Assembly: GCA_044376115.1 (NCBI GenBank)
Contig: JBILLK010000006.1
Span: 352,001 to 416,000, forward strand
Direction of reading: 5' to 3'
DNA length: 64,000 nt
Origin: Polyangiaceae bacterium
GTDB taxonomy: Bacteria; Myxococcota_A; Polyangia; Polyangiales; Polyangiaceae
Shown here: piece by piece, positions 21,601 through 30,645 of the stretch
How positions within the stretch are numbered: the stretch's first letter is position 1
Layout of the letters: each line of letters opens with the position of its first letter
Position numbers and translations under genes: made by a program
The notes under the pieces: generated by a model
The model's input: only the letters and a program-made list of their open reading frames with translations
What the model was told of the DNA's origin: nothing
Databases searched by the model: none

Positions 21601-23109
21601 TCAGGTTCCCGTCAAGGCGAGCCAAGCATCGCTCGAAGCGCCCGCTGGTCGACTCGAGCTGCGATCCTGGCTGACCGCGCGCGGGCGCTTGAGTGGAAGC
21701 TCGATGATGAAGGTGGTTCCAACGCCGCATTCGGTCTCGAAAGTCAGCTGGCCCCCGTGGTGTACTGCGATGAAGGTATGTGCGAGCGCGAGACCCTGGC
21801 CGGTACCTTTGCCGAGCGGCTTGGTGGTGAAGAATGGCTCGAAGATCCGCGAGCGCACCGCTTCAGGGATGCCGGCGCCGTTGTCTCGGATGTGCACCGT
21901 CACTCCGCCTGCATGGCCCCGGCTACTGATCGTGATGCTGCCGAGCCCTTGAAGGTTGCGGTCTGCCACAGCATGGGTGGCGTTGATGATCAGGTTTAGG
22001 AACACTTGGTTGAGTTCCCCGAGATTGCATTCGACGAGCGGCAGCTCGCCGAGATCGGTGGTCAGGCAGGCGACGTGTTTGTACTCACCGCCCGCGACGA
22101 TCACCGCGTCGCGGATCGCGCCGTTGACGTCTGCTCGTTCCACCACGTGCGACTCGGGATGAGAGAAGGCTCGCAGCGCGCGGACGATCTCGGCGACGCG
22201 CCCAACTCCGCGAAGCGTGCGCTGCGCAGCGAGAGGCGCCTCCGAGAACAAGAAGTCCACATCCGCTCGTTCGGCGGTCTTCGCGATCAGCTCTTCATCG
22301 GCGGGCGTGAGCGCACCGCGTGCGCGCAGTTCAGCGAAGAGCTCGTGGTGGATCGACCAGGCTTGCGCGAGATCCTTCAGTGCGTCTTTGAGAAAGACGA
22401 CGCCATCGCCGATGAACTGGATTGGCGTGTTTACCTCGTGTGCAACGCCAGCGGCTAGTTGTCCGACCGCCTCCATCTTTTGCGCGATCTGCAACCGCTC
22501 TTCGAGCCGGGTTTTCTCGGTCACGTCGGAGATCGAGAACAGGATTTGCTCCACCGTGCCCAGATCACTGAGCACGGCCCGGCCCTCCACCAGGAGGTTC
22601 TTGTCTCCAACGTGAAAGCGCGATGGCAGGGCAGCGAGTGCATCGCCGTCTTTCTCTGGGTGCTCGAATACGGAGCGCAGTTGGTGCTTGAAGCGTTCGG
22701 CGGTCAAGCCGCTGGTTTGCAGCACAAGGGCGAGCGGCTTGTTCACGATGTCGTAGCCGAAGATCTGCTTGCAGCTCCGGGTTGCCCCTGGGAGGACGAC
22801 TCCCTCCCGGCCAACCAGCAAGATGCCGAAGGTCACGTTGTCGATGATTGAGCGGGTTGCCCGGGTCCGCTCGGTCACCTCGAGCTCGAGCCTAAGTTTG
22901 TGTGCCTCGAGCTCGGTGGCGCGTAGCTCCATCAGCTCTCGCCGGCGCTCGTTCGCCTCGACGCGGCGACGGGCCTCGTCGAGCTGAAGTTCGATTGGGC
23001 AGCGTGCTTCACCGCTCTGCATTTGTTGCATGCGTCGCTTCAGCACCGTTACGGTCTTCGCCGCTGCGATCGCGCGCTCTTCCCAGCTCATTTCTGCGTA
23101 GACGGGCAC
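21601..23109 (-). CDS. NosP-associated sensor histidine kinase (N-terminal coiled coil, PAS, HisKA, HATPase)
   Basis: GTG at 23109 with AAGGA upstream. Motifs AHEVNTP, NLIINA, DNGAGI, FFTTK, GTGQGL. Confidence 0.88.
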   Translation of the reverse strand: MPVYAEMSWEERAIAAAKTVTVLKRRMQQMQSGEARCPIELQLDEARRRVEANERRRELMELRATELEAHKLRLELEVTERTRATRSIIDNVTFGILLVGREGVVLPGATRSCKQIFGYDIVNKPLALVLQTSGLTAERFKHQLRSVFEHPEKDGDALAALPSRFHVGDKNLLVEGRAVLSDLGTVEQILFSISDVTEKTRLEERLQIAQKMEAVGQLAAGVAHEVNTPIQFIGDGVVFLKDALKDLAQAWSIHHELFAELRARGALTPADEELIAKTAERADVDFLFSEAPLAAQRTLRGVGRVAEIVRALRAFSHPESHVVERADVNGAIRDAVIVAGGEYKHVACLTTDLGELPLVECNLGELNQVFLNLIINATHAVADRNLQGLGSITISSRGHAGGVTVHIRDNGAGIPEAVRSRIFEPFFTTKPLGKGTGQGLALAHTFIAVHHGGQLTFETECGVGTTFIIELPLKRPRAVSQDRSSSRPAGASSDAWLALTGT

Positions 23110-23119
23110 GTTTGGGTCC

Positions 23120-24241
23120 TTAGTGAAGGGCGACGCCAACCAGCGTCTGGTTGATGTGGAGGCCGTTGCACTGCTCACCGTAGGTATCGAAGCCGATCGA
23201 GTCGCAGGCCAAACGCCGCCACGACTCCGCCACTTGCGCCGAGACGCCGGCGCCTGACATCTCGAGCGCGCGTAGTATGCAGTTGAAGCCTACGAAGAAG
23301 CTCGGCTTCCCGTAGATGGACAGGAACTCATCAACGCTCTTGGAGAGCGCGGAGACCATGTCTTCGTGGCCGGCAATGTCGAGCACCATGCCTTCCTCGA
23401 GCGCACTCAAGAAGGAAATGGTTCCATCCGGATGGATCTTCTGCACGGAGCGCAGGAATAGGTCGCCTTCGGTAGCGAGAATGATCGGGTGAACGAACAC
23501 TAACTCCTCGGTTAGGTCGCTGCGCGGGACTCCCAGCGCGTCGGCGTAAGCATCTGCCGGGTTTATGCCGTCGAGTTCGAGGACGCGGCGGCCGGTTTCG
23601 TCGACGGCGGTGATGACCACCGACGTGCTCGTGCGCAGAAAGTGCTGATGTTTGAAGACCGTGAACCCGTCTTTGGGATCGCAAAGAATCAGCACAGCGT
23701 GGTCTTTGAGCGCCTGACCTTGAAGGAAGACGTAGGTCTCTTGAAACTTGAGGTCATCCCCAGCTGACCCGCCCACGAGCGCAATGCCATCGAGCGCAGC
23801 GGCTGCCATCGCGGTGAAGGACTCCTGCTTCAGCGAGAGCCCGTCGATCAACAACAAGCAGAAGTACTTGCGCACGTCGAAGGTGGTGCGGTCGATCCCC
23901 AGCTCCGCATAAAGCGCGTCCACCGTGCTCCGAAGTTGTGCTGGCGTAGCCCCTTGCAGCGGCACCGCGCGCGCCGCCCAGCAGGTCCCCGGGCTCTCGA
24001 CGGCTGCAACGCTCAAGCTCCCGGTGGCGCGGACCCCGTTGAGCATTTCCCCTGTCGTGGAGCAGCCGACGACCAAGCTACGCTCGAAGCGTCGCGCCAT
24101 CGCGGCGCTGAGCGCCTTCGGCTCGAAGCTGGAGGAAGCGAAGTAGAAGACCACATCCGGAGCTGCATTGGCTCCTGCGGTGGCCTCCGCAATGGCGGCG
24201 TCCAGATCTGAGTTGGTTGAGCGGTTTGAGTGGACCTTCAT
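23120..24241 (-). CDS. nosP: NosP-type FIST_N/FIST_C signalling protein (copy 2)
   Basis: GCSTTGE, IDGLS, GGSAGDD, FNCILRALE, GFDTYGEQ..GLHINQT. Confidence 0.82.
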   Translation of the reverse strand: MKVHSNRSTNSDLDAAIAEATAGANAAPDVVFYFASSSFEPKALSAAMARRFERSLVVGCSTTGEMLNGVRATGSLSVAAVESPGTCWAARAVPLQGATPAQLRSTVDALYAELGIDRTTFDVRKYFCLLLIDGLSLKQESFTAMAAAALDGIALVGGSAGDDLKFQETYVFLQGQALKDHAVLILCDPKDGFTVFKHQHFLRTSTSVVITAVDETGRRVLELDGINPADAYADALGVPRSDLTEELVFVHPIILATEGDLFLRSVQKIHPDGTISFLSALEEGMVLDIAGHEDMVSALSKSVDEFLSIYGKPSFFVGFNCILRALEMSGAGVSAQVAESWRRLACDSIGFDTYGEQCNGLHINQTLVGVALH

Positions 24242-24256
24242 CGTGGCTCGGTAGGG

Positions 24257-24433
24257 CTATTCGGCTGCATTTTTCGTCGCCTCTTCGCGCCAGCGCTTGG
24301 CCTCGAGCTGCTGGTCAAACCGAGTTTTTCGGCTGCCGTTTTGTAGATCGTGCACCCGACGTTTGAGCACGGTGACCGTTTTCTCTGCCGCGAGGGCGCG
24401 TTCTTCCCAGGTCATCTGTTCGAGCGAAGGCAT
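24257..24433 (-). CDS. 58-aa protein homologous to the N-terminus of the downstream histidine kinase
   Basis: Below the ORF-track cutoff. AGGAG SD then MPSLEQMTWEERALAAEKTVTVLKRRVHDLQNGSRKTRFDQQLEAKRWREEATKNAAE. 21 of the first 33 residues are identical to the kinase N-terminus. Confidence 0.75.
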   Translation of the reverse strand: MPSLEQMTWEERALAAEKTVTVLKRRVHDLQNGSRKTRFDQQLEAKRWREEATKNAAE

Positions 24434-24442
24434 CGGCTTCTC

Positions 24443-25564
24443 CTAGTGAAGGGCGACTCCAACGAGTGTTTGATTGATATGCAGGCCACCGAACTGTTCG
24501 CCGTAGGTGTCGAAGCCGACTGACGTCTGAGCCAGCCGCTGCCAAGATGCAGCGACCTGTGGCTCGAGCGCTCGACTCGTCGATTCGAGGGCGCGCAGGA
24601 TGCAATTGAAGCCCAGGAAGAGTCGAGGGCGCGGATGATCGACGAGGAACTCATCGACGGCGCGGTCGAGCGCGCCAACGAAGTCTTGATGCCGGGCGAC
24701 ATCGAGCACCATGCCCTCTTCAACCGAGCAGAAGAATGAGATCGCACCATCCTCGAGAATTTCGCGGACCGAACGAACGAAGAGATCGCCGTCGCTCGAG
24801 AGTGTGAGCGGACGCAGAAAGGCGAACTCTTTCGTCAGCTCGGCGCGCGGGATGCCCAAGGCGTCGGCGTAGGCATCGGCGGCCGGGCGACCATCGAACT
24901 CGAGGATGCGCCTCCCATCCTTGCCGACGGCGGTGACGGCGAGTGAGGTTGTGGTGCGCAAGAAGTGCTGATGTTTGAAGAGATCGTAGCCTCGTTCGTG
25001 TTCGCACAGCACCATCAGCGCGTGCCCGCCGAGCGCCGCTCCTTGCAAGAAGACGAAAGTCTTGCGGAAGGTCAGGTCATCCGCCGCCGAGCCACCGACG
25101 AGCGGGATCCCGTGCAGGGCGTCGGCCGCGAAGGCCGAGAACGCCTCCTCCTGTGCAGAGAGCCCGTCGATGAAGAGCAGGCAAACGTACTTCGTCGGGT
25201 CGAGCTGGGCCTTCTCGACCGCGAGCTCGCTTAGCAGCTGGTCCACTGCCGCTTGGGTGATCTCGGCGGTTGCTCCCGCCAATAACACGCAGGTGGCGGC
25301 CCAGCGTGTGTGGGGGCTCTCGATCGCGGTGATGGCCAGTCCACCGGTGTGTCGCTCTCCATCGACGATTTCGCCCGCAGTGGTACAGCCGACCACCAAG
25401 CTCTCGGGAAAGCGGAAGGCGGTTGCTGCTGCAACCTGATCGGGATCCAGCTCCGAGGAGGCGAAACAAAAGACGACGTCAGGCTTCGCAGGCGCTTGCA
25501 CAGTGGCATCGGCGACCGCCGCGTCAACGTCGAGGCTTTTTGAAGTGCCTGAGGTGATTTTCAT
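24443..25564 (-). CDS. nosP: NosP-type FIST_N/FIST_C signalling protein (copy 1)
   Basis: GCTTAGE, GGSAADD, FNCILRALE, GFDTYGEQFGGLHINQT. Colinear paralog of 23120-24241. Confidence 0.82.
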   Translation of the reverse strand: MKITSGTSKSLDVDAAVADATVQAPAKPDVVFCFASSELDPDQVAAATAFRFPESLVVGCTTAGEIVDGERHTGGLAITAIESPHTRWAATCVLLAGATAEITQAAVDQLLSELAVEKAQLDPTKYVCLLFIDGLSAQEEAFSAFAADALHGIPLVGGSAADDLTFRKTFVFLQGAALGGHALMVLCEHERGYDLFKHQHFLRTTTSLAVTAVGKDGRRILEFDGRPAADAYADALGIPRAELTKEFAFLRPLTLSSDGDLFVRSVREILEDGAISFFCSVEEGMVLDVARHQDFVGALDRAVDEFLVDHPRPRLFLGFNCILRALESTSRALEPQVAASWQRLAQTSVGFDTYGEQFGGLHINQTLVGVALH

Positions 25565-25755
25565 GCGCTCGCTTTCTCGGCAGGTCGGGTTCAAAAAGCG
25601 GGTTGCTGGGCAACACTCGACGGGCTCGCTTTTGCAGAGCGGCACTTCTGGCGAGCAGCTTTACTCACCGCCCGGGGGTGGTCGGTTCAGGTCTGGGGTC
25701 GAGCAGGCAGCCGGTGTTCAGCTGCAGCGAGTCGAGCCAGTGATATGGTCGGCGC

Positions 25756-27699
25756 ATGAGTGCGCGCGACCGAGAAGCGTTCGATCCCAACCCCACGCCG
25801 CTTTATCAACCCGCCTCGCAGCTCCAATCTCGCGCCAACGCCTTTGCTCCCACGACGCCGCTCGAAGGTGCCGAACAAACGCTGCTCAGCGCCTTCGATG
25901 CGCGCAAGAACTCCGAGGCGCGCACGATCGTCGCGCCCGAGTCGATGCCCGAGCCAACCCTGAACACGGCTCGTTATGAGTCGCGCGGACTGCTCGGCGC
26001 CGGCGGCATGGGTGAAGTGCGTCTCTCGCGCGATCAGTGGATTGGGCGTGACGTCGCGCACAAGACCCTCCACCCCGACGTGGGCATGAGCCCCGGCGGC
26101 CGCGCGCGCTTCTTGCGTGAGATTCGCGTGCAGGGTCAGCTCGAACATCCGGCGATCGTGCCGGTGTATGACGTCGGAACCAGCGCCAGTGGCGAACTTT
26201 GGTTCACCATGCGCCGCATTCGCGGGCAGACGCTCGCGGAGATCCTCGATGGCCTCGCGCGCGGCGAGGCGAGCTTCCTCGCGCGCTTCTCGCGCCGCAA
26301 GCTACTGACGGCCTTCACCAGCATCGCGCTCGTCGTGCACTACGCCCATACGCGCGGCGTGATCCATCGCGACCTCAAGCCAAGCAACGTCATGCTCGGG
26401 GACTTCGGCGAGGTCTACGTCCTCGACTGGGGCATCGCCAAAGTGATGGGCTCGGAGGAAGTGACCGAGCCGGTCGTCCCCGATGACGAGCCGACCGCTT
26501 CGGGCCGGGTGATCGGCACGCTCGGCTATATGTCGCCGGAGCAGGCGAGGGGCGCCACGCCCGATCCGCGCATCGACGTGTACGCCTTGGGCGTGATGTT
26601 GTTCGAGATCCTGACACTCGAGAGTTTGTTGCAGGAGACTGATCAGCTCAAGGCGCTCGATCAAGTGTTGGACGGGGTTGTCGCACAACCCCGGGTGCGT
26701 CGAGCCGACGCCGACATCCCGCCCGAGCTTGACCTCATCTGCGAGCGGGCCACGTCCAAGCTCCCCGCTGATCGCTTCGAGTCGGCCAAAGCGCTTTCCG
26801 ACGCCGTGGAGCGTTACCTCGATGGGGACCGCGATCTCGAACGGCGGCGCGAGCTGGCCAAGGGCTACTTGGACGCCGCCGAAGAGCGTGGTCAGTCGGC
26901 CTTTGCTTCGGCTTCAGAGGCCCATCGCAGCAGGGTCGGAGCGCTGCGCGACGTGCTTGCTGCGGTGGCGCTGGCACCCGAAGAGCCGCGGGCGATCGAG
27001 TCGCTGGCCAAGCTCGTGCTCGAGCCACCGGAGGGTATACCGGACGAAGCGCACACCGAGCGACAAGAGATCGACGATCTCGCGCGGACGCAGGGCGCGC
27101 TGCTCGGGTACCGCGCGTTTCTTTCGTTCGCGCTCTCCTTTCCGATCATGGTGATCGCCGGGGTTCGAAGTTGGCCGCTGGTTGCGGGAGGTATGCTGAT
27201 CGTGCTGCTCACCGCGTTCATCTTCCGTTGGGTGCATCACACGCGCGTCCCGCGCACTCCGCAGTTCGCACTGCTGCTGCTCCTGTGCTTGATCACCGTG
27301 TTGATTCAAAGCACCTGGCTCGGGCCGTTTGTGCTGATGCCGATCGCGGCCACCATCGTGACGGCGATCTTCGCGCTCTACGCGACGCCGCGTGAGCGCC
27401 CGTGGGCGATCGTTGCGGGGGCGGTGACGGTGCTGATTCCGTTCGCGCTCGAGTGGGTGCCGGGGTTGCCGCGCGGCTTTACGTTCGAAGGTGGTCGGGT
27501 GGTGTTGCACCCACGAGCGCTGGAGTTACCGATGGCGGCGACCACGATCGGTCTTTTGTACACCACGGTGGGTTACGCCATCCTCCCCGCCATCTTCTTG
27601 AGCCGCTTGAAGAACGCCTTGCGTCAATCCGAAGACCGCCAGTTTTTGCAGGCTTGGACGCTCAAGCAGCTGTTCCCACGCAAGACGCCTGCGGGCTGA
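25756..27699 (+). CDS. Ser/Thr protein kinase with multi-pass membrane C-terminus
   Basis: GAGGMGEV, HRDLKPSN, DWG, GTLGYMSPEQ, and several C-terminal TM helices. Confidence 0.92.
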   Translation: MSARDREAFDPNPTPLYQPASQLQSRANAFAPTTPLEGAEQTLLSAFDARKNSEARTIVAPESMPEPTLNTARYESRGLLGAGGMGEVRLSRDQWIGRDVAHKTLHPDVGMSPGGRARFLREIRVQGQLEHPAIVPVYDVGTSASGELWFTMRRIRGQTLAEILDGLARGEASFLARFSRRKLLTAFTSIALVVHYAHTRGVIHRDLKPSNVMLGDFGEVYVLDWGIAKVMGSEEVTEPVVPDDEPTASGRVIGTLGYMSPEQARGATPDPRIDVYALGVMLFEILTLESLLQETDQLKALDQVLDGVVAQPRVRRADADIPPELDLICERATSKLPADRFESAKALSDAVERYLDGDRDLERRRELAKGYLDAAEERGQSAFASASEAHRSRVGALRDVLAAVALAPEEPRAIESLAKLVLEPPEGIPDEAHTERQEIDDLARTQGALLGYRAFLSFALSFPIMVIAGVRSWPLVAGGMLIVLLTAFIFRWVHHTRVPRTPQFALLLLLCLITVLIQSTWLGPFVLMPIAATIVTAIFALYATPRERPWAIVAGAVTVLIPFALEWVPGLPRGFTFEGGRVVLHPRALELPMAATTIGLLYTTVGYAILPAIFLSRLKNALRQSEDRQFLQAWTLKQLFPRKTPAG

Positions 27700-27754
27700 G
27701 GGCGCGCGGACCAGATAGTTGGTCGTCCTCGCGGCGGCCATCTAAAGTGCGCTC

Positions 27755-29134
27755 ATGTCGAGGCTCAAGGCCGCTCAATCGGCCCGACTGCTGGCGGTGC
27801 TGGGCTGCGCCTGCGCAGCCGAACCCCAGCCCGAGCTACGCGCGCCGGAGGCTTCAGCGCCTGCTGCCAGTCCCGCACAAACTGCGAGCCGGCCGGTCTG
27901 CGTGCCGCCGGTACCCGTGCCGGATCAATCCGGTCGTCTTGCACCGCTGAGCGTGCCGTTCGACCCAGCACCGATCGAGATCGAACGCGAACACAAGCTC
28001 GCGCGCTTTTACGACGCGCTGGCTGACCTCGCGCAAGGCAAGCGCGACCGTCACGTGCGTGTGGCGGTGTTCGGCGACTCCAACCTCACCATGGACTTCA
28101 CGACTGGTCGCATGCGGCGGCAGTTGTCGCGCATCTTCGGTGAAGGGGGCCACGGCTTCGTCGCGCTGGGCAAGCCGTGGAGTCACTACCGGCATATGGA
28201 CGTCGAGCATGACGTGGTCTCGGGCTGGAAGGCCTATGCGATGACCACCTCGCCCACCGGTGATGGGCTCTACGGGCTTGGCGGCATCGCTGTCGAGGCG
28301 ATGTTTCCGGGCGGGAAGACCTTCGTCAAAACCTCCAAAGCCGATGCGCCGGTGGGGCAGGCGGCCAGTCATTTCAGCGTGCTCTATTTGCAACGGCCCA
28401 AGGGCGGCCGCTTCAAGGTGGAGCTCGACAAGACGCCCAAAGCTGAGATCGAGACGCAAGCGAACGCGGTGGGTTTGGGCGTCTTCGAACTGCAGGCGGA
28501 AGAAGGTCCGCACCGCCTCGACGTGATCGCCGATCGCGGTCCGACGCGCGTGTTCGGCGCAGTGCTCGAGCGCGAAAAGCCGGGCATCATCATTGACTCG
28601 TTCGGGGTCGGGTCGCTCAACACCAAGAGCCTCGGCCGCCACGATGGCGCGCTGTTTCGCTCGATGTTGAAGCTGCGCGACTACGAGCTGGTGATCTTCC
28701 TGCTCGGCGCCAACGACCTGTTCACGATGGACGCCGTGCCCGACACGATGCGCAAAGTCCAAGGGTGGATGAGCGAGGCGGTGCCCGACGCGGCGATGTT
28801 GATGGTGGCGCCGCCCGACCGAGGTTTTCGACGTTCGATGCCGGAGACGTTGCGGGTGGTCGTGCAGCGAGAGGCGCTGGCCAAGGAGCTGGACGTCGCC
28901 TATTGGGACCAGTTCCGCGCGATGGGCGGGCAAGGATCGATGCGAAAGTTCGTCGATACCAAGCTCGCCTTCAGTGATGCCATTCACTACACCGAGCTCG
29001 GCGGCGCCTTTGTCGGGGACCGTTTGCTGGACGCCTTCCTGCGAGGTTTTCAGCGTCGGGCCAGCACGCGGCCCGGTGTTTGCGCGGAAAGCCCCGCGTT
29101 GCTGCAGTCCGCCTCGCTCGACCGACAGCCGTAA
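27755..29134 (+). CDS. SGNH/GDSL esterase or acyltransferase (PatB/Ape-like)
   Basis: FGDSN, GEGGHGF, LGAND, DAIHYT. Confidence 0.75.
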   Translation: MSRLKAAQSARLLAVLGCACAAEPQPELRAPEASAPAASPAQTASRPVCVPPVPVPDQSGRLAPLSVPFDPAPIEIEREHKLARFYDALADLAQGKRDRHVRVAVFGDSNLTMDFTTGRMRRQLSRIFGEGGHGFVALGKPWSHYRHMDVEHDVVSGWKAYAMTTSPTGDGLYGLGGIAVEAMFPGGKTFVKTSKADAPVGQAASHFSVLYLQRPKGGRFKVELDKTPKAEIETQANAVGLGVFELQAEEGPHRLDVIADRGPTRVFGAVLEREKPGIIIDSFGVGSLNTKSLGRHDGALFRSMLKLRDYELVIFLLGANDLFTMDAVPDTMRKVQGWMSEAVPDAAMLMVAPPDRGFRRSMPETLRVVVQREALAKELDVAYWDQFRAMGGQGSMRKFVDTKLAFSDAIHYTELGGAFVGDRLLDAFLRGFQRRASTRPGVCAESPALLQSASLDRQP

Positions 29135-29255
29135 GCCGGCCTTCGGCGGTTCTTCCCTCATCCGCCTTCGGCGGAATGTTCCAATGTCTTTTAACTCGCA
29201 ATTGGTTCCCCCGCGCATTGAACAACGCACAGGTTCAGTGCAACGATAGGGGGCT

Positions 29256-29582
29256 GTGAAGATTCGAGTTGCTGCCGGTGCGCTGCTCGTGATGCTGATG
29301 GCCCCTGTGGTGGCGTCGTCGGATGAGCCTTCATTGCCGTTGCTGCTCCAACCTCAGCCGATCATCTTCGTGAACAAGCCACTGCTTCGCGCAGCCAGCC
29401 CTGCGGCAGCCAGCCCTGCTGCTGTGAGCCCTGTCGCAGCCAGGGAGCGCAACGCGGTCGTCCCGCAAGAAGCCGCGACGCCAGTGGAGCCTGTAGTGGT
29501 TTCGATCGACTGTGACGGCGGTGGTTGCGCTGTTTCCAGCGGCCTGCAAGTCCAGGTGATCGCCGCCAGTCGTCCGCGCTAA
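29256..29582 (+). CDS. Small hypothetical secreted protein
   Basis: GTG start after AGGGGG, signal peptide, three 15-nt AASPA-type repeats. Confidence 0.45.
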   Translation: MKIRVAAGALLVMLMAPVVASSDEPSLPLLLQPQPIIFVNKPLLRAASPAAASPAAVSPVAARERNAVVPQEAATPVEPVVVSIDCDGGGCAVSSGLQVQVIAASRPR

Positions 29583-29593
29583 ACTGCCGGGAG

Positions 29594-30553
29594 ATGCGCT
29601 CTTCGTTCACTTCCTTTCGCTGGTTTGCTTCGTTCAACCGGAGCTTGGCGCTCGTACTGACGCTTGCTTCGACGGTCTCATGTGGTGGAGACAGCTCCGG
29701 TTCGGGCGGCGCTGACGCTCCCACAGGGGGCGCTGGAGCGGCTGGAGCAGGCGTCGTGAGCGGTGGTAGCTCCGCAGGCGGTAACGCGGCGGGCGGTAAC
29801 TCCGCGGGCGGTGCGGCAGCCGGCGGCAGTTCGGCCGGTGGTAGTTCGGCGGGGGGCTCGTCGAGCGGCGGTAGTTCAGCCGGCGGCGGCGGTTCTGGCG
29901 GCGGCGCGAGCGTGGCCGGCATCGGGGCGCACAGCCTTTCGTACTTTGCCCAAAGTCAAAACGGTCGGCCGGTCATCAGCTCCCCGGCGCTGCAAACCGC
30001 GGCCTCAGGCAGCACCATCATCGTCAGCACCGGGCGCGGTGTTTTCAACGCCTTCGCGGCTCCCACCGACAACAAGGGCAACAGCCCGTATGCGCAGTTG
30101 GGCGTGCCGCACACCTACACCAACTACCCCCAATCGGGCACCGCGGTTTACAGCTTCGAGGGCGCGATCGGCGGGGCGAATCACGTCGTCAGCAATAGCA
30201 ACCAGCCCTACGACGAGATCACGATGGCCGTGGTCGAGGTCAAAAACGGTAGCAACGTGCAAGACTTCACCTGGGTCGAGCGGCTCAACGGCCAAGCGCT
30301 GACGGCCGCGCCGGTGACCACCACCGGCCCGGCCACGTTGGTCGCCTTTTGGTGGGGAGACGGTGGCGTCGGTGAAGAGAAGATCGCCGTGCCCAACAAC
30401 GGTTTCGTGGTGCTGGATTCGCTCGGCACGCCGGGGGAAGTCGTGCAGTGCTTCGTTGCAGCGAAAGATGTTGCAGCGGCCGGCACGTATGACGTGACCT
30501 GGGATGCCACCCCGCCGCAGGGCGCTCAGCTCTGGCTCGTCGCCGTGCAATAG
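29594..30553 (+). CDS. Lipoprotein with (GGSSA)n linker and beta-rich C-terminal domain
   Basis: TVSC lipobox and Gly/Ser repeats at ~29700-29910. Confidence 0.7.
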   Translation: MRSSFTSFRWFASFNRSLALVLTLASTVSCGGDSSGSGGADAPTGGAGAAGAGVVSGGSSAGGNAAGGNSAGGAAAGGSSAGGSSAGGSSSGGSSAGGGGSGGGASVAGIGAHSLSYFAQSQNGRPVISSPALQTAASGSTIIVSTGRGVFNAFAAPTDNKGNSPYAQLGVPHTYTNYPQSGTAVYSFEGAIGGANHVVSNSNQPYDEITMAVVEVKNGSNVQDFTWVERLNGQALTAAPVTTTGPATLVAFWWGDGGVGEEKIAVPNNGFVVLDSLGTPGEVVQCFVAAKDVAAAGTYDVTWDATPPQGAQLWLVAVQ

Positions 30554-30645
30554 TTGGAGCTGGCAGGCGGGCTAGTGACTCGTGCGGCCAGCTCAGCTGC
30601 CAGACCCGATGGATCCAAGCCCGCCCCGATGCTAACTCGCGTGGC

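Noticed and set aside
23110..23178. ORF-track start of the kinase overlapping nosP
   Set aside because: GTG at 23109 has an SD and aligns with the ATG of the paralogous 58-aa ORF.
25585..25640. Inverted repeats upstream of nosP as a c-di-GMP riboswitch
   Set aside because: A hairpin is possible, but the GEMM consensus elements are not recognisable.
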